The notes beneath the pieces were generated by a model. That model did no database searches and was not told where the DNA came from. It worked only from the letters and a program-made list of their open reading frames with translations. Below are positions 7,739-19,700 of a stretch of DNA of 32,000 bases, in pieces. Position numbers and translations under genes: made by a program. This DNA comes from Nitrosospira multiformis ATCC 25196 (GTDB taxonomy: Bacteria; Pseudomonadota; Gammaproteobacteria; Burkholderiales; Nitrosomonadaceae), in assembly GCF_000196355.1 (NCBI RefSeq), contig NC_007614.1, forward strand, positions 1,050,001-1,082,000. Direction: 5' to 3'. How positions within the stretch are numbered: position 1 is the stretch's first letter; every line of letters begins with the position of its first letter.

Positions 7739-10700
7739 TCATACCAAAGCCTCATACACCACGCCATTGGATGAAGCGACACGCAGCGAGCCATCCGGGG
7801 CAAAGGCCAAGCCGGAGATCTCACTGTCGTTGACACCCTGGGAGGCAAGATCGATGCGGCGCACTTCCGTGCCGGTGCGGGTGAACTCCACCAGCGTGGC
7901 GGCTGCAGAATAGGTTCCCAGCCACAGGTTGCCCGTGACCGGATCGATCGTCAGGCCGGCATAGCTGTATGTGGTGAAAGGCACCGCGAAACTCGCGATC
8001 TCGGCACCGGTCGCGGCATTGATCTCCACGATGCGGTTGCCCGAATTGCGCGCATCCGTCACGAACAGGTGGCCGCTGGCCGCATCGAACACACCGGCGG
8101 CAAGATCGTAGTTCTGCCCCAGCGTGAGGCTCGCAATCACCGCCCCATTTGCCGCATTGACGGCAACCACCCGGTCTGGGCTGGCGTAGCCATTGAACAG
8201 CAGCAGGCTGCCTTGAGGCACGTTGGTCCCATTGAGATTGATCGCCTCGCCCAGCACCTGCAGCCCCGCCAGGCTGAAGGCATAAGGCGCGCCAAAGGCA
8301 TCGGTGAGCGTGATGGTCTGCAGGATCGCGCCGCTGGCTTCATCGATGCGCAGGATATGGCCGGGATTGCTGTTGTCGCTCACCCACAACGCTCCCGTGA
8401 CAGGATCCACCGCCACATCGCCCAGAAGACCTATCGCCCCCGTGTCGCTGCCCGGGCGCAGCAGGTTGAGATCCAGCGCCGCGGAGGTGCCGCCCGCGGT
8501 AGTGACGGTGAGCCCCCCCAGGCCGTGGCGCGGCAGAGTACTGTTATCCAGATAGGCGCGCCCATTCTGGTCGGTGTTGTAGTACACATCCACTCCACCA
8601 TTGACCCGGCTGTCGGCTACCGTTGCGCCGGCAAAGCCATAGCTGCTCGCGCCTTCCACGAAACCCGAGCCGTACAGGTACAGTGCGCCACTCTGCACAT
8701 CAAAGCCGGTAAGCTTGGGCACGATCTGCAGCAGGGGCTGGCTGGCCGAGCCGAATACCTGCAAACTGGCTACCCCATTGGCGTATTCCGGAATGACGAG
8801 CGTGGCGCTGCTGCCATCGGCCGCCGCGCTGGTCGGACTCAGGCGGGTCATCCGCGCATCGCCGTTGACATCGGTCCAGCGCAGCAGCACATCGGTGGCG
8901 GTGGATAGCCCCGTGCCCTGCAGGGTGACCGCCTGCCCCGGATTGGCCGAGGCCTCGTCCGCATCCGCGGGTGTGCCGCTCAAGGCCGTGGCGGCTATGC
9001 CGCTCAAGTTGACGCTGTAGCTCGCGCTGGCGCCGCCCGCGGTCCTGATGCTGATGGGGCCGAAGGTGCCGCTCGACAGCGGCACCGTCACTGTGACCTG
9101 GCCGTTGGCGGTGTACACCCCATTGACATATCCGTAATAAACGTCCGGCCCGGTGTTCACCCCCGCATCCAGCACCACGTCGCTCCCGAACCGGTATTCG
9201 CTGTTGTTGCCTTCCACAAACCCCAGTCCGCTGATCACTACCGTCGCACTGCTGCCATCACTCGCCACTCCCTGTACCTGAACGTCCACAATCACAGGAA
9301 GTATCTGCAAGGCCAGTGCGCTGGCGTTGCGGTCGCCCACCACACGCACCGTGCCGGTAACCGCATTCAATGGCACCGCCACCTGGATTTCCGTGCCCCC
9401 CGCATTGACGGTAGCGGGCCGCACAATCAACTGGCTGCGGTTGCCGTTATTGTCCACCGTCTCGAACACCACATCCGTGCTGGCATCCAGCCCGCTGCCT
9501 TGCAGCTTGATGGTCTGGCCGGGCACGGCTGAGGCCTGGGTACTGTTGGCAGGCGTGCCGCTGTCGGCGCTGGCCGTAATGCCGGTGATGCTCAAGCCGA
9601 AAGCAGCGCTGGTGCCACCAATGGTGGCGACCTGAATGGGGCCAGTGGGGACGTTCGTAGGTACAATCAGATTGAGGGTCGTATTCTCTCCATAGCCCAA
9701 GGCTGTCTTGCCATCGACATAACCTTGATAAACGTCCGGTCCGGTATTCCGTGATGAATCGTTCAGTCGCTGACCACCGAACAATACGGCAATGGCGCCT
9801 TCGGCAAAACCGCTGCCGCTGAGCGTCAGGAAGCCACCGTTGTAAATACTGTTGAGGCTGGCACTGATATCGCCTAGTGTGGGCACGATCTGCAGCAACA
9901 CGCCGCTGCTGTCTCGGGCAAGACGCAGCGTGCCGGTGGTCGCGTCAACGGGCACGACCACCGTCATGCTGTTGCCATCCGCAGCCACGCTCGCCGGCAC
10001 GATAGCTCGCTCAGCCAGCCGACCGGAACTGTCGATGGTGGTAAACACCACCCTGTCGCTGCCTTGTAGGCCGCTGCCTTGCAAGGTGATGGTCTGACCG
10101 GTGTTGGCGGAAGCAATGCCACTGCTGGCAGGCGTGCCGCTGCCAGCAATGGCGCTGATGCCCGAGAGATTCCTGCCTGCCAGGCTGGCCGTTCCACCGC
10201 GGGTGCTGACGGTGATGATGCCTGTTGTCACCCCGGTGGGTACGGTCAGGGTCAGCAACTGCTGATCTGCCGAACTGCTGCCAAGACCCTCGAACACAGT
10301 GCGTACATTGAAGCTGCCGGTGGCGCGGCCATCGATCTGCACGGTCAGTTCGGAACCGACCAGCCCAGTGCCTTCCAGCACCACGGTGCTGCCTGGTGCC
10401 AAGCTGCCTCCAAGCGACTTGAGGGTGGGCACGATCTGCAGGTCGAAGCCCGCGTTGCTGCCCAGCACCGTGACCTTGCCCGTGCGCGCCAGCGCAGGTA
10501 CTTCGATGCTGAGACTGGTGCCACCGCTGCCCGGCGTGCCGGTGCGGGTAATGGTGCCCAGCGCCCCGCTGTCGTCGATCCCGGTAAACTGCACCAGGGT
10601 CTGGGCGGTGAAAGCCTGTCCGGTAAGCGTGATGGTCTGCCCGGTGTTGGCCGAGGCCTTGGTGGCATCGGCCACCGTACCGCTATTGGCTGACGCGGTA

Positions 10701-13700
10701 AGACCGGTGAAGAGAACGGTCGGCTGCGTCCCGAAGGCCGAGCCTGCGATCTCGGCATAGCCGCCTTCGGTGGTCACGCGGATGGCGCCATCGAGCGTAC
10801 GTGGGGCTATCACGCCCAGGGTGTCGTTGCGCGTCCCGCTGACATCCACGCCATTGACCGCAGCGCCAGTAAAGACCCTGCCGCCGATGGTCACGGTGCT
10901 GGTTCCTTCCATGAAGCCCGAGCCGATGAGGTTGAAGGCATTGTCGCTGCCCGGCCGCCCGCTCAGACCACTCAGAGTCGGCACGATCTGCAGGCGTATG
11001 CCGCTGCTGGCGCCATAAGTTTGTACCGATTGTGCATCCGGATAGTAATTGGCGAAGGTTTCCCGGAAGATCTGCTGCCCGTCGGCCGTGATCTGGATGA
11101 GATCCGGGCCAGCGGTGGGATGGCTCCCCTCCCAGCTGTCCAGCGCATACAGATCGAAGCTCAGGGTATAGGTCTGCCCGGCAGTCAGCCCGCTCAGGTT
11201 CAGCACCTGGCTCGCATTGCCAAAGCGCCCGGAGAATTCGCTGAAGGTGCCCAAGGCATTGCGATTGGTTATCTGGTTGCTCCAGTTGGCCTTGGCCCCG
11301 CCTTCAAAGGTGTCCGCAAATACAGTAGTTGAGCCTTGCTTGACGACAACGTTGTCGATGCCCCAGCTCTCGTCGTTGATATCCTGCAGCCCGCCGTCGG
11401 CAAAGCGCAGCACGGCCGTGCTGCTATTGGCCGTAAAGGTGGTCGTGACATTGCGGTAGATGGCATCGTTGTAGCTGGTGAAACCGAGGTTGCTGGCGCC
11501 TGTATTGACGACCTTGACCTCTCCGGTCGCAGCCAGGTCGGGCACCAGCACCTGCAAACGCGTGCCCGCATCATTTATCGCCAGAGGCTTGATGGCGACT
11601 ATGCTGGTGTTGCCGTTGCTGTCGCGGGTGTTGAACAATACCTGGGTGCCCGCCCCGAAGTTGGTGCCGCGCAGTTCGATGATCTGGCCGATATTGGCCG
11701 CGGCCACGCCGCTCTGTGCAGCCACGCCATCGGTGGCGGAAGCCAGGACCTGCGTGAGTGTGGCGCGCTGAACCGCGTCATCATGCGCAGGATCGATCCG
11801 GTACACCACGCCATTGGATGAAGCGACACGCAGCGAGCCATCCGGGGCAAAGGCCAAGCCGGAGATCTCACTGTCGTTGACACCCTGGGAGGCAAGATCG
11901 ATGCGGCGCACTTCCGTGCCGGTGCGGGTGAACTCCACCAGCGTGGCGGCTGCAGAATAGGTTCCCAGCCACAGGTTGCCCGTGACCGGATCGATCGTCA
12001 GGCCGGCATAGCTGTATGTGGTGAAAGGCACCGCGAAACTCGCGATCTCGGCACCGGTCGCGGCATTGATCTCCACGATGCGGTTGCCCGAATTGCGCGC
12101 ATCCGTCACGAACAGGTGGCCGCTGGCCGCATCGAACACACCGGCGGCAAGATCGTAGTTCTGCCCCAGCGTGAGGCTCGCAATCACCGCCCCATTTGCC
12201 GCATTGACGGCAACCACCCGGTCTGGGCTGGCGTAGCCATTGAACAGCAGCAGGCTGCCTTGAGGCACGTTGGTCCCATTGAGATTGATCGCCTCGCCCA
12301 GCACCTGCAGCCCCGCCAGGCTGAAGGCATAAGGCGCGCCAAAGGCATCGGTGAGCGTGATGGTCTGCAGGATCGCGCCGCTGGCTTCATCGATGCGCAG
12401 GATATGGCCGGGATTGCTGTTGTCGCTCACCCACAACGCTCCCGTGACAGGATCCACCGCCACATCGCCCAGAAGACCTATCGCCCCCGTGTCGCTGCCC
12501 GAGCGCAGCAGGTTGAGATCCAGCGCCGCGGAGGTGCCGCCCGCGGTAGTGACGGTGAGCCCCCCCAGGCCGTGGCGCGGCAGAGTACTGTTATCCAGAT
12601 AGGCGCGCCCATTCTGGTCGGTGTTGTAGTACACATCCACTCCACCATTGACCCGGCTGTCGGCTACCGTTGCGCCGGCAAAGCCATAGCTGCTCGCGCC
12701 TTCCACGAAACCCGAGCCGTACAGGTACAGTGCGCCACTCTGCACATCAAAGCCGGTAAGCTTGGGCACGATCTGCAGCAGGGGCTGGCTGGCCGAGCCG
12801 AATACCTGCAAACTGGCTACCCCATTGGCGTATTCCGGAATGACGAGCGTGGCGCTGCTGCCATCGGCCGCCGCGCTGGTCGGACTCAGGCGGGTCATCC
12901 GCGCATCGCCGTTGACATCGGTCCAGCGCAGCAGCACATCGGTGGCGGTGGATAGCCCCGTGCCCTGCAGGGTGACCGCCTGCCCCGGATTGGCCGAGGC
13001 CTCGTCCGCATCCGCGGGTGTGCCGCTCAAGGCCGTGGCGGCTATGCCGCTCAAGTTGACGCTGTAGCTCGCGCTGGCGCCGCCCGCGGTCCTGATGCTG
13101 ATGGGGCCGAAGGTGCCGCTCGACAGCGGCACCGTCACTGTGACCTGGCCGTTGGCGGTGTACACCCCATTGACATATCCGTAATAAACGTCCGGCCCGG
13201 TGTTCACCCCCGCATCCAGCACCACGTCGCTCCCGAACCGGTATTCGCTGTTGTTGCCTTCCACAAACCCCAGTCCGCTGATCACTACCGTCGCACTGCT
13301 GCCATCACTCGCCACTCCCTGTACCTGAACGTCCACAATCACAGGAAGTATCTGCAGCAGGAATGTCCCATCCGCAAAAGTCGTTTTGGTACTGCCGACC
13401 TGTGAAAACACCTGGATCTCGCCGGTGACCGCATCCAGCGGCACCCTGAAATAAGCCAGGCCCTGCGTAGCATCAAAACGACTGACCACCACGTCACGCG
13501 TGGTTTTGTTTCCACTCGCATCGATCACGTTGAATGTGGTGCGGGCCGTGGCAGGATCGAAGGGAACGGGTAGGCCGATTTCCTGGCCTGGATTGGCAGA
13601 GGGCGCCTGGGTGATTTCAGGCATGCCGCTGCCCGCGCGGATATCGCTGGCAGGACGGATGGTGAAATTAAGGACAATGGGCGCGGTAAGCGCATTGCCC

Positions 13701-16700
13701 GCCTTGTCCGCTATCACCGACGGATCGATGCGCAACTGGTAGGTTCCGGGCAGCAGGTAGCCATTCGGCAGGATGGAGAGCGATTGGCCGAAGGAGCGGG
13801 TATCCAGCCGCACATCGATTGCCCTGTCATCCGCCGTGCCCGCGACGCCATCCGAACCGGTGTTTATCAGCTCAATGCCCGACAGGTTCAGCTTGGCAAG
13901 ATCCAGCGGCTCGTCGAACGACACGTCGATCGAACGGACGAAGAAGACGCGTGCGCCCTCATCCAGGCTCATCTTCGTCACCTGGGGTGCGAAGGTGTCA
14001 GGTACCACGTCCAGCACCACCGGATCAGACAGTGTGGCGTTGCCGCCTGTATCCGTGGCGCGGACCTGGATGGTCAGCTTGTTGCCGCTTTGTGCGATCG
14101 TTGGCGCCTGTGCGAACAGTTCGAACGGGAAGGCGGCGTCGTTCGATACCACCTGCCCGTTGACCAGCAGCTCGACATTGCGCACCTGCACATCATCGGT
14201 CACAGTGGGAATGACACTGACCGTGCGGCCTTCCAGCACCTGGATGCCGGCCTTTTCCGGATCGACATCGATCCCATCCACCTCGATGGATACCGTGGGG
14301 GCGACACCCTTGGTATCAAACCCTATGTAGTTGACGATCTGCAGTCCGGCTGCGCCATCGGCGACGAAGGCGAGACCGTTGGCGAGCACCACATCCCTGG
14401 GAGCAGCCGGCAGGTTGATGCGGGTGATGAAGCTGCCGGTATTGGTGGGATCGTTGCTGCTGCTGACATCCAGTGCATAAATCTGCTCGCCGCGTGGACC
14501 GCGCAGATTGCCGGCGGTGACGAGCAGCCCGGAACCGGTGGCAGCCAGCGACTGACCGGCTATATTGGCTGCATCGATGCTGCTAATCAATTTCAAGTCG
14601 GCAGGGTCGGAGACATCGACCGTGCTGTACCCCTGGGTGAAATCGGTGGCAGTGCCGACATAGGCCACGCCGCCACCCACGAAGAGCTTGCCGCCGCCGG
14701 CGTCCAGCACTAGCGAATCGCGCAGGGTGAGCAAATCGCCATCTATACTGATTGCACGCAGCGTACGGTTGGTATCCATGGTGTAAAGTGTCTTGCCTTC
14801 GAGCGCCAGGCCGGTCAGTGTCGTCCCACTAGAATTCCCCAGATCCAGAGTCTGGCGTATATCCCCCGTATTCAAGTCCACGGCTGCGACGCTATCCCCA
14901 ACTGCGATATAAGCGAGACCATCGCGCACTTTGACCTGCGTGACGAAATCGCCAAAGGTTATCGTTTGTCGCAGGACGGGCAAAACAGGGTTCGAGACAT
15001 CGATGATATGCAGTCCACCCTCGTTAGCCGCCACAGCGGCCAGTCCACGGACTGCATCTACGGCGACATCTTTGTTTGAGCCGGAGAGCTTTAGCTCGGC
15101 AAGTAATGTAGGTTTGGTGAACCGTGATACGTCGACTACGGCCAGACCAGAACTACCGGTGGCGACATAAGCAGTTAGTTTCGACGCATCGGAAGTAGAC
15201 CCTGCAACTGACACCGCTTCGGCTGTGCCCTGGAGAGTTGTCGCAGACACCACACCTGTGGGAATGCCAAGCCCGCCAAGTGGATTGAGGCCCTGCAGTA
15301 ATTCAGAGAAGTCAAGAATGCCGTCTCCGTCAGTATCTCGATCTAAAAGATTTGTTCCAATTATTTTTTCAGCAACATCAGGTAAACTGTCTGAGTCCAA
15401 ATCAATAAGTCTGCTAGCTGACAAATAGAGCGGATTTGGAATTCTCGTGCTTGTACCGGAGGCGGAACTACTGAATTCGGCCCAACCGTAGCGGCCAGAA
15501 GCAGCGTCATAGATTTCAACTCTAAGCTTAGAATCGGCAGGAAGCATCGTATCTATGGTTCCATCTGCAGCTGTTTGTCCTCGAAGTTCGAACCCCGTTC
15601 TTAAATCCGTTATCAAGAAAAAAGCGTTGCCTGGGTTTCCTACAATGCTAGCTATTCCATCTGCTAGTGTACTGCCTACATTAAGGACCTTTGATTCAAG
15701 ATCGCCTATGCTGATCGCAGAGGAGTCGATTAATTCCCGTTGGTGAGCCAATAAGGCAGTAAAAGTGTTGTTGGTGGCTGCAAGCAGGTCATCCGATGTA
15801 GTGGCGACAGCGGTCTTACTTGAATTCGCTATGAAAGCTACTCCCGATGTGAGAATACTTCCCGATTCTGTCGATTGCGCTTCAATATCACCGATTCCCA
15901 GCGCGACTTCGATAGCATCAAGACCTATGCATACCGCTTCGAAGCCCGCTTTTGTTATTAAATTCTTAATGCCCCCTCTAACCAAGTCTAAAAGGCTTTC
16001 GGCGTTGCTAACCGTAAACTCCGCGACATCTATCGCACTGCAACCGACCTCGACCCAAAAAGTCGGACAATCATGCTCCTTTAGGGCTTTAACAAGCGAG
16101 TCGCAGGCTTCGCTAAGTTCCTCAAGGATAGGTTTAGCCGCTTCAAGCGTTTTTTCCAACAGTCCAACAGGATTTTTTGACGTCGCTTGTTCGACCACGG
16201 CCTCATATATAGCTTTCCACCGATCCTTGTTCGTTTTGATTAATTCAAATCCTAATCTAAGGGCACTAGGATCCCCACCACTATCAACCTGCTTTTTAAA
16301 TTCGGCAAATTGTTCAATCATTGTGGTGGCCATTTGAGCAGACTCACTCATGATGGTATAGAACTCACGCAGACCCGCAATGTTCTTGACCAGATTGCGT
16401 ATGAGACTATCAACAGCGGCAGGGACGCGATCTAAGAGCGCATCCTTTGCTGCACCTAACTCGTCACAGTCTTCCTCGGGTAATGGATCTCTTGGGGGAT
16501 TCGGACCATTAGTCGGCGAGCCTGGCGGTGTCATCCCATGCCACCCCGGTGCCATAACCCCTGACCCTTCATCTGACACCACTGTTTTTCCATCGGCAGA
16601 TACCGTCCCGGTGCCGCTGATCACCAGCAATCCGGTCGTATGATCGAAGCTCAGAATGTTGAGCTTAGTTCCCGGAGCAGCATTGAACACGTTCGGGAAG

Positions 16701-19700
16701 GTAATCTGTACGGGCTGGGTGAACGTGTTGACGCCCGGCGCCTGTATGGTGATATCGAAGCTGTGCTGCAAGACGCCTGGCGGCAGCATGTCGCGCACGA
16801 GTTCCGGCGGTACGGTGTTGATGCCGATCTTGACGTCATCCAATACCTTGCCGTCGAACCCCACGGCGCTGCCGGGCGGGACGGTCAAGGTGAGCTGGCT
16901 GCGCTGCTCGCCCGTCAGGTCCGGCGCGGATTTGTCGTCGACAGTGACAACGGTGGTTTCCGTCTGGCTGATCTGCTGGAGAGCGGAGGTCTGCACGCGT
17001 GGCAGGTAGACTTCGCGCCGGTCCGCATTGGCAAGCCGTTCCTCGTTGGAGCCCATGCTGCCCATTACCGTGTTGGTGATGCCAGGCAGCAGTTGTGTCG
17101 ACATGACCATCTCAGGGAAGAAGATCCCCTCCGGCGCATTGGTGGCTGTGCGCCCATCCACGACGACCTTGACTTCCCCTACCGGTACCTCGGTCAGCTC
17201 GAAGTTGCCATTGGCGTCGGTGTAGACCACCTTGTCTTCCAGACCGATGATGTAAACCTTGGCGTGCGCGATGGGGTTGAGGAAAACGTCGTCCGGGGTA
17301 TGGATGACGCCATCCGGGCCACGGCGGATGTCATCGAACGTCATAGGCAGCAGGTCGGGGCCGGGATCCACAACTTTGCCAACCAGCTTTGTGCCGGCGA
17401 CGACAGTGCTGCTGATGCTGGTAAAACTCCAGGTGAATTCGCCGCCCGCCGCGCCATTTCCATCCGCGTCCAGGAAAGCCCCGTCAGCCTGGGCGCGAAT
17501 GGCGGAGCCATTCAGGTGCAGCGTGATGTTGGAGCCGCCCGGCATGGGCTTGTCGAAGAACACCCAGGCGAAGCTGCCATCGAGTGCAGGAACGATGGTG
17601 GTATCGAGTTTAGTGCCATCCGGCCCGGTGGCGTAGAAGGTATTAGCGGTCAACGTATTGGGGTTGACCTCGCGCGAGAAAAATACCTGCGGACGATAGG
17701 TGACGCCCACGTCCCCGGTGCCTCCGGTGGGCGTCACCCGCGTGATGGTGAAGGGTGCCAGCGCCTCGACCTTGACCTCTCGTATGACATTCGCCGTGTT
17801 GCCGGCCGCATCCCTGGCGTTGAGCGCGAGCTTATGGTCGCCGATCCCCAGGTTACCCAGGATCAATGCCTGATCGAAACTTCCGGTGGTTGTATCGAAA
17901 ATCAGACTGTGCTTCTGCCCGCCATCCACGGTGTAGAACAATTCCACGAGCCAGGTGCCGGTGGGATCAGCCGTTCCCGTTACGCGGCTGGCAGCGGAAA
18001 GGGTTGCACCATCAGCGAGGCTTGCAAGGTCGAGCGCGGGTGCTTGGGTATCGAGGGTGAAGCTGCGGTTGAATCCGGCGGCGAGGTTGCCCGCGGCATC
18101 GCGCGCCAGGATGGTGACTGTGTGGCTGCCATCCGCCGTGCCGTCAAGTGCAAAAGCAGTAGTGATGCTGAATTTGCCATCCGCATCGAGCGCGAGATCC
18201 TTCAGATCACCCCCGTCGATCCGATACTGCGCGCTCACAACACCCGAGAGATTGTCCAGAATCTGGCCGCTGAGAGCGAGGTTGGTATTGAGCGCGACAG
18301 GTGTATCCTGGGCGATGACCATTGGTGCCTGGGTATCCGCATCGAGCGCGAAGCGGGCCAGTACTGCCTCGGCCACCTGGTGCCCCAGAGTCTGCCCGGC
18401 CTGGTTGGTAAATTCGTAATGAATGCCCCCGTAGACGCGACTGCGCCCCGCTTCGCCGGCGGCCGCATCGAAGTTGTCGAAGCTGCGGGTGACACCGGGA
18501 AGCGTGTAGGAAGTGGTGGAAAAGGAGGTATCGTTGCCGAAGACTTGATTGAGAATGCCGGCGGCGGCGGCACTGAATGTGGAGTGTCCCGAGACATATT
18601 CCGGATGGGCCGGGGTGATGAGCAGCGGTTTCCAGCCCTCTTCCTTGATGGTGGCTGCGTTGTTGTCCAGATCGGCGTTGTTGATCGCCGTTTCCGGACG
18701 CCACAAGCCGTAGGTATATTTTGCGTCCCAGCAGGCGATGGCTGCGTCAGCCAGAGCTATATTGAGCATGGCAAACAGCCGGGCATTGGCACTGAGGCTG
18801 TTGCCCTGCGCCCGCGCAATTTCCTCCGCAATCTGGTTCCAGTGGCCGGGCGGCGTGTAGCTACCCATACCATCTGCCCAGAACTGGGCCTGCTCCGTCT
18901 GGTCAGCGGTTCGCGTTGTGCTGTTGGCGCTGCCCACGCTGCGAACTTCTTCCACGGACTGTGCATACTCAGATGAGTCAAGCGCCGGTGGCGCGGGGGG
19001 ACGGAACTGATTCGCGGCGCTTAAAGCAAATGGGGTAACGGTTGACCATTGCGGTTGATCTGGAACATCGAACATCGGACCAGTTGGCCGCCATTTGCCC
19101 AGCTCGGTACTGCCCGGATAATCCACAAAGGTCTGTGCACCATCGTTGCCGCGCAACGCGAGAACGGTATCGGCCACTGCTGTGCCCAGTGCAATGCCGG
19201 CATCCTTGGCCGGTCCTTCCGCGACTTTAGCCAGGGAAGCTGCCAGCGCGGCGTCGAAGGTTCCTTTCTGGCCAGGATATTCCACAGTAAGAACCCGATG
19301 AGCTGCTGCCGCCACTGCGGCATCGGCGGAAACAGGGCCCGTGGCGCTGAGCTTGACCAGGTATGCCTGAGTGCCATCGATCGCGGCCAGGCTGTCGTAG
19401 ATTGCCAGACTCACCATGGCGAGCAGACGGGTCGCGATTGGGGGGTCAGTCACATCGAGGCGTATGGCTTCGAGCGCCTTACTGTTCCAGAACAGCGCCT
19501 GATCCTGCGTTATCTCTCCGGTGCGCTGGAAGGTGAGGCTGCGCTCCGAGGTATTTCCCGCTGCATCAATGGCGCGCAGGGTCAGGACATTGGCGCCATC
19601 CTGCAATGAAATGCCGGCCAACTGGAAGTTGCCCAGGTTGTTTGCAAGCGCTGAAATGGATGTGCCCACCACGGATATGCTGACTCCGGGTTCGGAGGTT

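Noticed and set aside
8069-8908. Long plus-strand ORF (279 aa), also repeated at 12116..12955
   Set aside because: It lies antisense to the giant gene in high-GC coding DNA and is duplicated only because the sense DNA is duplicated. Composition (HR/AG-rich) is typical of a shadow ORF.
7755-13356. Transposon or IS insertion as source of the repeat pair
   Set aside because: Both copies are in-frame coding sequence of the same protein with no transposase or terminal inverted repeats. Intragenic duplication explains them better.
16640-18976. 778-aa plus-strand ORF
   Set aside because: It is antisense to the intact giant ORF, which has clear domain homology here. No recognisable domain on the plus strand. 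It is likely a high-GC shadow ORF.
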